Positions 46,261 through 52,410 of a stretch of 52,410 bases of DNA are shown here, one piece after another (the stretch's first letter is position 1; every line of letters begins with the position of its first letter). The notes under the pieces are model-generated. The model was given only the letters and a program-made list of their open reading frames with translations, made no database searches and was not told the origin of the DNA. Where the stretch lies: NCBI GenBank assembly GCA_027036675.1, contig JALWDW010000008.1, forward strand, positions 1 to 52,410, read 5' to 3'. The position numbers and the translations under genes are program-made. The stretch is from Candidatus Dojkabacteria bacterium. GTDB lineage: Bacteria; Patescibacteriota; Dojkabacteria; SC72; JAHDCA01.

Positions 46261-48126
46261 TCATTTTGGGCGTATGACGAAAAAGTACAAGTACATGGTA
46301 CCCAACACGAGGAGCAATATACCTGCGCTTGTCGCCACGGATACGCGATTGACCCAATTTACACGTGAAATTGGTATATTGACCTTGACACTGCGATCTT
46401 CTCTGCGCCCGTCAATATATACGGCGGTTATCGGGACTTCGGTATCGATGGCTTCTTCATACCCATCTGTCGGGATCAGCAGTACTATCGACGAAGTGTC
46501 GCCGGGTAACAAGATATGGCTGTCGTCATCCTGCCGTTTGAAATCATCACGCGGAATCTCGAAATGATCAATGATCATATTACCTGTATTCTCGATTTGT
46601 AAACTGATTTTGGCAAATTTATCCAATTCCGTAACATCTGTCGGGGCAAGCTCCGTACGGTACGAATAATCATGATCCGTTTGCCCTTCGTATGGTGCGA
46701 TCAGCAAATCATCCGGCACCCTGAGAGTCAATTTAGGAGTAGAAGGTAGCGTATAATGAATAAGTATGGGAATATGATCATCCAGCATACCGATATTGGC
46801 TCTGCCTGTGATAGCGTCCAATGCCGGATCCATATCTGTCCAGTTTTGTGTATCTTGTTCCTTGTACTGAACCCATGTGTGAGCGAAATCGGCCCCATCG
46901 TGCAGTGATGCATCGGAATTAATGATATACCCCACAACTTCGCGGACAGTGTACCCTTCGTGTGCCAAAATGCTCAACAGTATATCCGCATAATCCAAAC
47001 TGCTTATGTATCGGCTACGGTCATCATATACGGCTGTACCTCCACGTATAGTCTCGCTGGAGATTTCATTTTGATCCAGGCTGTGCAAGACAAACATATA
47101 TGCGCGAAACACATCATCGGGAATATTATATATATTTGGCCTGTTTGGTGAGTAATTTGCCAAATCGGACTGCATACGTTCCGTGAACTTCCAATATGGA
47201 TTGTCGGTATTCGGTGGCTGTGTGACGGTATTGCCGGTGTCTTTGCGTACTCTGTTTTGCAGTATGACGTTGAGGTTGACGGTCAGACTGTCATACGATG
47301 GGATTGTGTACAGTAGCTCTGTATTCCCGTCTGTGTCTTTGGTGATCTGTGTCGGTGTCGGGTGAACCTCGTTTACTATGGTATCTGAAAACAGGTCGGG
47401 GGCGGGTAGGGGAATACTTACAGTACGCGGTATATCTGTCTCGTTGTCGTAGGTTTTTGTAACTTGATACGAGAAGGACGTCGGCACGGTTTGACGGAGT
47501 ACGATGCTCTTGTATTCCGGGTTTGTATAGATCAAAACTTTATGTTTGTTGGTTTCCCGGGTACTGTTGGGAGGAGTTGAAATATACTCGTAGTGAAAGT
47601 CGACTGGCGTTATCAATTGCACTTCCGTGACGTCAATACCTGTCAACAGCGTCGGTATATTTATTTCCTCCGAAGCGTCGGCAAGTGTGAAACGAACGTC
47701 GAGAGATGTTTTTGTATGTGGCTTCAGGATATAGCTTTGGGTATTGATATTGACGATGGTTTCGGAGTGCTTGCGCGAACCGGTATATGTCAGATCTTTG
47801 CCGTTGTGTTTGATACGAAGGTCTTTAACTTTCCGTACCGGTATGGCGAAACTGTAGTAATCCAAGATTATTGAAGATGGGGAATTATTTGTAACTAATA
47901 GGTTATACTCGGCAGATACGGTTCCCTGATCATTAATTTTGTACCGTAGCTTGGCGGTGGTGGAATGATTTGTCGATACTGCGAGAGATCTCCCGGATAT
48001 TACGAATCCGAAAAGCAATACCGCAAATGCGAAGATTGTTAGAATTTGGTGAGACGTAGTTCTACGAACCCTCGACAAGTTCAATAGGTGTTTCGGTTTT
48101 GTCGAAAAGCCATCGGCATTTATCAT
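46261..48126 (-). CDS. transglutaminase-like-fold membrane protein (catalytic Cys apparently absent)
   Basis: GYTVREVVGYII...FAHTWVQYKEQDTQNWTDMDPA parallels the His/Asp half of transglutaminase cores. SLDYADIL sits where the Cys motif is expected. N- and C-terminal TM helices. Confidence 0.5.
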   Translation of the reverse strand: MINADGFSTKPKHLLNLSRVRRTTSHQILTIFAFAVLLFGFVISGRSLAVSTNHSTTAKLRYKINDQGTVSAEYNLLVTNNSPSSIILDYYSFAIPVRKVKDLRIKHNGKDLTYTGSRKHSETIVNINTQSYILKPHTKTSLDVRFTLADASEEINIPTLLTGIDVTEVQLITPVDFHYEYISTPPNSTRETNKHKVLIYTNPEYKSIVLRQTVPTSFSYQVTKTYDNETDIPRTVSIPLPAPDLFSDTIVNEVHPTPTQITKDTDGNTELLYTIPSYDSLTVNLNVILQNRVRKDTGNTVTQPPNTDNPYWKFTERMQSDLANYSPNRPNIYNIPDDVFRAYMFVLHSLDQNEISSETIRGGTAVYDDRSRYISSLDYADILLSILAHEGYTVREVVGYIINSDASLHDGADFAHTWVQYKEQDTQNWTDMDPALDAITGRANIGMLDDHIPILIHYTLPSTPKLTLRVPDDLLIAPYEGQTDHDYSYRTELAPTDVTELDKFAKISLQIENTGNMIIDHFEIPRDDFKRQDDDSHILLPGDTSSIVLLIPTDGYEEAIDTEVPITAVYIDGRREDRSVKVNIPISRVNWVNRVSVATSAGILLLVLGTMYLYFFVIRPK

Positions 48127-48817
48127 GTTTACGTAGTACTTGCTTGAGAATCGGTGTTTTCTCGGTGATATTATATTTCTTGAGTATTTTGCTCCAATTA
48201 ACCTTGCTGACCGGTATCGCCGTATTAAATGAGGGATTCTTGACGAGTTCTTGCTTGGCGTTTTTGCGTATTACATAGTATGGCATTCCGTTCATTTCGT
48301 CCAGTACGTATTTGTGGCGAACATCTGTGGAGTATATTTCTTTGACCACTAAGTGGGATGCTCTGGCATTGAGTATCGTCATTGAGTATTCCGGTGGAAT
48401 TATGGCTTTTTTCCCTTTGGACAGTTTTGATACGATGAAGGTACTTTCTTTTTTGGTCATACGAAACAACAACAATGTAGCGGATCCGTATACAACTTCC
48501 AAAAGCTTCGGAAAACCGTTTGTGCGACTTGCTTTGGTTTTGAAGTATTCAACTCCGAGGACGCCCGCCGGCATGGAGTAAAGATTGAGACGTAAACCTC
48601 GAGACATCAAGATGTTTTCGTCGTCCACTTGAATAAACTTGGTATATACGAGGGTATTTGCGGCGACATCTTTGTTCATCAATTGTGAACGCAACGTATC
48701 GGACGTAAACAATTTACGCTGAACCACTGTGGCCTGCGGTGAGACGAATTGATTCGTAGCCAAGTCCAATTGCGCTGGGAACCCCAACAGGGTCTTCAAC
48801 TCTAAAACTTTTTTCAT
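48062..48817 (-). CDS. cupin-type phosphoglucose-isomerase-like protein lacking metal-ligand histidines (tentative)
   Basis: YFKTKASRTNGFPKLLEVVYGSATLLLF and AIIPPEYSMTILN line up with my recollection of the archaeal cupin PGI motifs TKGHFH...EVY...G.G.MLL and PPYWAHRTVN. Confidence 0.4.
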   Translation of the reverse strand: MKKVLELKTLLGFPAQLDLATNQFVSPQATVVQRKLFTSDTLRSQLMNKDVAANTLVYTKFIQVDDENILMSRGLRLNLYSMPAGVLGVEYFKTKASRTNGFPKLLEVVYGSATLLLFRMTKKESTFIVSKLSKGKKAIIPPEYSMTILNARASHLVVKEIYSTDVRHKYVLDEMNGMPYYVIRKNAKQELVKNPSFNTAIPVSKVNWSKILKKYNITEKTPILKQVLRKHDKCRWLFDKTETPIELVEGS

Positions 48818-48860
48818 ACACTTGATTATACCATGTTGCCATCACAACCTCGGCTTCGCA

Positions 48861-49643
48861 CTACCCTCCGCGCACGTTTTGCTCGTAGGAAGCCAATTCC
48901 ACCATAAAATGAGACACCGCGTCCGGCCATGGCCCGTTACCCTCAACGCAATCCGGACAGTAGGAAGGAACGATCTCGTACGGGGTGAGATCCGTCCCGT
49001 ACCCGAGTGCAAGCCCCTTGGTGACGGTGGCAATCCCATCACTCCACCCGTCAAAATAACTCCATCGCACGGAGCGATCTTTGTTACCCGCCCAACCCCA
49101 CGCATTGTACGAGTACCCGTGTTCCGGAGAAGTCGGCACGTATTGTCCAAACGCCGACTCCACACCTGAAATGGCGACGACCAACCTCCAATCCAGACCG
49201 TATTTGTCCGCCTCACGTACAAAAATATGAGCGTATGGGTACATTGGTGAGTTGTAGTCTTTCAAAAACAACTTCGTAGCCTCGACCCTGGTATCCCCAC
49301 TGACTATCGATGCGGTTGCGGTCGGTGTCTTCCGACTGTCCAGAGAACCGGAACTGTCATCCGGTACATAAAAGGCGCCGAGCAAATCGGTATCGTTTTG
49401 CATATCATTGTTTGAGATCTCTGGTTTGTATCGGCTATGATAAAATGCGCGAATTCTGCTGTGAGTGAACCTTTGCAACGGTGCGAAGGTTGTCCCGAAA
49501 AGCACCGCTGCGAACATTGTAAACATTAAAAGCTGTGGCGCTTTTTTCATACGAAACTTGGAATCGCTATGATGTTTCGGACCCTGTTTATGAGCTGTGG
49601 AAGCCTTGTGAAGTATCATGACTGGCGGTTTTGGATGATACAA
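48861..49643 (-). CDS. secreted lytic-transglycosylase-like protein (paralog of 34440-35084)
   Basis: N-terminal TM. YGLDWRLVVAISGVESAFG, AWGWAG, SYCPDC. Confidence 0.45.
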   Translation of the reverse strand: MYHPKPPVMILHKASTAHKQGPKHHSDSKFRMKKAPQLLMFTMFAAVLFGTTFAPLQRFTHSRIRAFYHSRYKPEISNNDMQNDTDLLGAFYVPDDSSGSLDSRKTPTATASIVSGDTRVEATKLFLKDYNSPMYPYAHIFVREADKYGLDWRLVVAISGVESAFGQYVPTSPEHGYSYNAWGWAGNKDRSVRWSYFDGWSDGIATVTKGLALGYGTDLTPYEIVPSYCPDCVEGNGPWPDAVSHFMVELASYEQNVRGG

Positions 49644-49715
49644 AATTTATTTGTATAGAGTTCAGAAGCAATTTCATATTATAATGATATATTCATTGTA
49701 TAAGAAACCCTGATA

Positions 49716-52410
49716 ATGTCAAAGTTTACACATTTACACTTGCATAGCGAATTTTCGATCCTTGACGGTACCATCCGCATACCTCAATTGGTCGAATATC
49801 TGCAGGAAAACGGGATGGACTCATGTGCATTGACTGATCATGGGAATATGTACGGTTCATTTAAATTTCACTCTGCAATGAACAAGGCCGGTTTGAAGCC
49901 GATCTTGGGTATGGAAATCTATATCGCACCAAGGTTGCTGACTCAGAAAGAAGCGGGCGTCGACAATAGATATACTCATCTCGTGGTGCTTGCGAAAAAC
50001 AGGCAGGGTTATCAAAATTTGATAAAACTCGCATCTATCGGCAGTCTGGAAGGGTTTTATTATAAACCTAGAGTCGATATGCAGGTTTTGGCGGAGCATT
50101 CGGAAGGTTTGATCGCCACCACCGCCTGCCTTGGCGGACACGTTTCGAAGTATTTGAATGCTGGCGACGATGAAAAAGCAGAACAAAACCTGTTGCAACT
50201 ACAAGAGGTATTCAAAGACGACTTGTATGTGGAAATACAAAGAAACGGGATACCGGCACAAGAACCTGTCAACGAAAAATTGATCGCGTTGGCCAAAAAG
50301 CATTCACTTCCGCTCGTAGCTACGTGTGATGCGCATTACCTACGTAAGGAAGATTCCATGATACAGGAGATACTGTGGGCGATTGCCGATGGTAAAACAT
50401 TGGATGATGAATCGCGTCGGAAATTGGATTCGAACGAATTTTATGTAAAAACTCCGGAGGAGATGAGCAAATTGTTTGAGGATTTGCCGGAGGCTGTGGA
50501 AAATACGCAGGAAATTGCAGGAAAGGTAGAGCAATATGATTTGACCTTTGGCCGTATACAACCGCATTACCTGGCCCTCAAGGAAGGCGAAACGGCGCAG
50601 AGCAGGCTAAGGACGATGGCGGAAGAAGGTATCGTAAGACGGTTTGGGAAAATGACGCCGGAATTGCAAGACAGGATTGATATGGAATTGGGAATCATCC
50701 ACGACAAAGGGTACGATGATTATTTTTTGGTAACACAGGAGATCGTGCAATTTTGTCGAGACAATCGAATTGAGGTTGGTATGAGAGGATCGGGTTGCGG
50801 GAGCTTGGTGGCGTACGCGATTGGGATTACTTTTATCGACCCATTGGCCTGGGAATTGTACTTTGAGAGGTTCCTAAATCCGGAACGTAATTCTCCGCCG
50901 GACTTCGACTTGGATATAGCGGATCGCAGGCGGGATGAGGTTATTGAATTTGTGCGGAAGCGATATGGGGCTACGCATACGCGCATGATCGGGACGTTTG
51001 GTAAATTGCAAACCAGAGCGGCCATACGTGATGTGTCGCGAGTGCTGGGAGTCAGTTTGCAGGTGGCCGATGAATTGTCAAAAAGGGTGGAGGTAGTGTT
51101 TGGCAAAGCTCGTTCCATAGATTATATGTTGGAAAACGACCCGGAGTTTCGCGCCATAGTCGAAAGTGATCCGCAGATAGGCCAAATGGTTGATATAGTA
51201 CGCAAAATCAGCGGGATGATCAGAGGGGTATCGCAACATGCGTGCGGTATGGTGATCACCCCCGAGCCTGTCGATACATATGTGCCACTTCAAAAAGATC
51301 AGCAACGTGGTCATATAGGGATGACTCAGTACGAATTCCCTGAGTTGGAGGATGCGGGTCTGATGAAATTTGATTTCCTGGGTTTGCGGAACTTGAGCGT
51401 CTTAGGAGATGCACGCGACAAAGTGGAGGAAAGACATGGAATCACCATTGATCTGGACACCATTGATATGACTGATGAAAAGACTTTTGATTTGATCTGT
51501 GCCGGCAAGACAGTGGGAGTGTTTCAATTGGAAAGTGCCGGGATGCGGAAAACCATAAAGCTGCTACAACCAAGGACGATGGAAGAACTAAGCTACCTGA
51601 TCGCCGCTTACAGACCGGGACCTATCGGTTTTATACCCGAATATGCGGCTATCAAAAACGGAGAAAAAGAGATGGATTTATTGTTCCCTGAGTTGGAGCC
51701 GATCCTTGGAGTGACAAACGGGATCATCACATATCAGGAGCAGGTGATACGTATCGCGGTGGATTTTGCGGGGTATACGATGGGTGCCGCTGACAAATTG
51801 CGCAAAGCAATGGGGAAAAAGAAGATGGATATCATGGAGGCGGAGAAACCGAAATTCATATCGGGGATTATCGCGAGTGGGTATTCGGAGGAAATTGCGA
51901 ATGAATTGTGGGAGCGACTGCTCAAGTTTGCTAATTACGGTTTCAATAAGGCTCACTCGGCGGCGTATGCGACTGTATCGTACAGAACCGCATATTTGAA
52001 GGCGCATTATCCGTTGGAATTTATGGCTGCGTTGTTGGAAAACGATTTGGATAATTTTGATCGTATTGTCGTGGACTTGCAAGAATGCGACAGAATGGGA
52101 ATCAACGTATTGCCGCCGGATGTCAACAAGAGTGGAGTGTCGTTTATCTCAGAGGGAGACAACGCCATCAGGTTCGGCCTGGCAGGTATCAAAAACGTGG
52201 GCGAGGAAGCGGTAAAAAGTATAATCAAGGAGCGTGAGGAAAATGGTGAATACAAAAGTATCGATGATTTCGTCCGACGGAATATAGGAGAAAAGCTCAA
52301 TAAGTCATTGGTTGAAAACCTGGTGAAGGCCGGGGCGACTGATGCCTTCGGAGATCGTAAACAGATCCTTGCCGTATTGGAAAGATTGTTTACCAAATAT
52401 AAGAAGGAGG
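49716..52410 (+). CDS. dnaE: DNA polymerase III alpha subunit, 5' partial (runs off the window end)
   Basis: My own translation from ATG 49716 gives MSKFTHLHLHSEFSILDGTIRIPQLVEYLQENGMDSCALTDHGNMYGSFKFH...GMEIYIAPR...THLVVLAKNRQGYQNLIKL (PHP domain). The frame stays open to 52410. It is absent from the ORF track because no stop codon lies in the window. Confidence 0.9.
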   Translation, partial: MSKFTHLHLHSEFSILDGTIRIPQLVEYLQENGMDSCALTDHGNMYGSFKFHSAMNKAGLKPILGMEIYIAPRLLTQKEAGVDNRYTHLVVLAKNRQGYQNLIKLASIGSLEGFYYKPRVDMQVLAEHSEGLIATTACLGGHVSKYLNAGDDEKAEQNLLQLQEVFKDDLYVEIQRNGIPAQEPVNEKLIALAKKHSLPLVATCDAHYLRKEDSMIQEILWAIADGKTLDDESRRKLDSNEFYVKTPEEMSKLFEDLPEAVENTQEIAGKVEQYDLTFGRIQPHYLALKEGETAQSRLRTMAEEGIVRRFGKMTPELQDRIDMELGIIHDKGYDDYFLVTQEIVQFCRDNRIEVGMRGSGCGSLVAYAIGITFIDPLAWELYFERFLNPERNSPPDFDLDIADRRRDEVIEFVRKRYGATHTRMIGTFGKLQTRAAIRDVSRVLGVSLQVADELSKRVEVVFGKARSIDYMLENDPEFRAIVESDPQIGQMVDIVRKISGMIRGVSQHACGMVITPEPVDTYVPLQKDQQRGHIGMTQYEFPELEDAGLMKFDFLGLRNLSVLGDARDKVEERHGITIDLDTIDMTDEKTFDLICAGKTVGVFQLESAGMRKTIKLLQPRTMEELSYLIAAYRPGPIGFIPEYAAIKNGEKEMDLLFPELEPILGVTNGIITYQEQVIRIAVDFAGYTMGAADKLRKAMGKKKMDIMEAEKPKFISGIIASGYSEEIANELWERLLKFANYGFNKAHSAAYATVSYRTAYLKAHYPLEFMAALLENDLDNFDRIVVDLQECDRMGINVLPPDVNKSGVSFISEGDNAIRFGLAGIKNVGEEAVKSIIKEREENGEYKSIDDFVRRNIGEKLNKSLVENLVKAGATDAFGDRKQILAVLERLFTKYKKE

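Overview
52.4-kb window from a compact bacterial genome using the standard genetic code. The gene content (type-2-like IleRS, HelD, SEDS protein, ParAB, many membrane-anchored surface proteins, ribosomal proteins with extra tails) suggests a small-genome Gram-positive-type lineage, possibly Patescibacteria/Saccharimonadia-like; this is inference only. I support about 45 protein genes. These include housekeeping genes (ileS, rplU, rpmA, parAB, lepB, mnmA, proS, gpmI, rplS and a 5' partial dnaE that is missing from the ORF track), a TetR/MFS cassette, an ABC-2 transporter trio, a redox cluster, a 1167-aa Ig/PKD surface protein and a hypothetical envelope operon. There are also 4 tRNAs (Glu, Leu, Thr, Gly) and one frameshifted kinase pseudogene. 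The most unusual content is non-coding: roughly 5 kb of ORF-free, hairpin-dense intergenic DNA in several blocks. Two ~530-bp elements (11332-11869 and 22289-22820) align with each other without a single gap at a constant offset of 10,948 bp, yet drop to about 60% identity in their centres, and they share no ORF. A third, 1.45-kb block upstream of proS (35163-36612) shares their 5' module and a similar 3' end. It also contains a near-perfect 145-bp internal duplication and repeated GATGAA..TTTAA modules. Two further blocks (18707-19654 and 29649-30279) are packed with GACC-N4-GGTC-type hairpins that resemble the palindrome next to the TetR gene. I interpret these as a candidate family of large structured RNAs; a MITE-like DNA element family is the alternative. 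I cannot decide between these without folding, covariation analysis or expression data.
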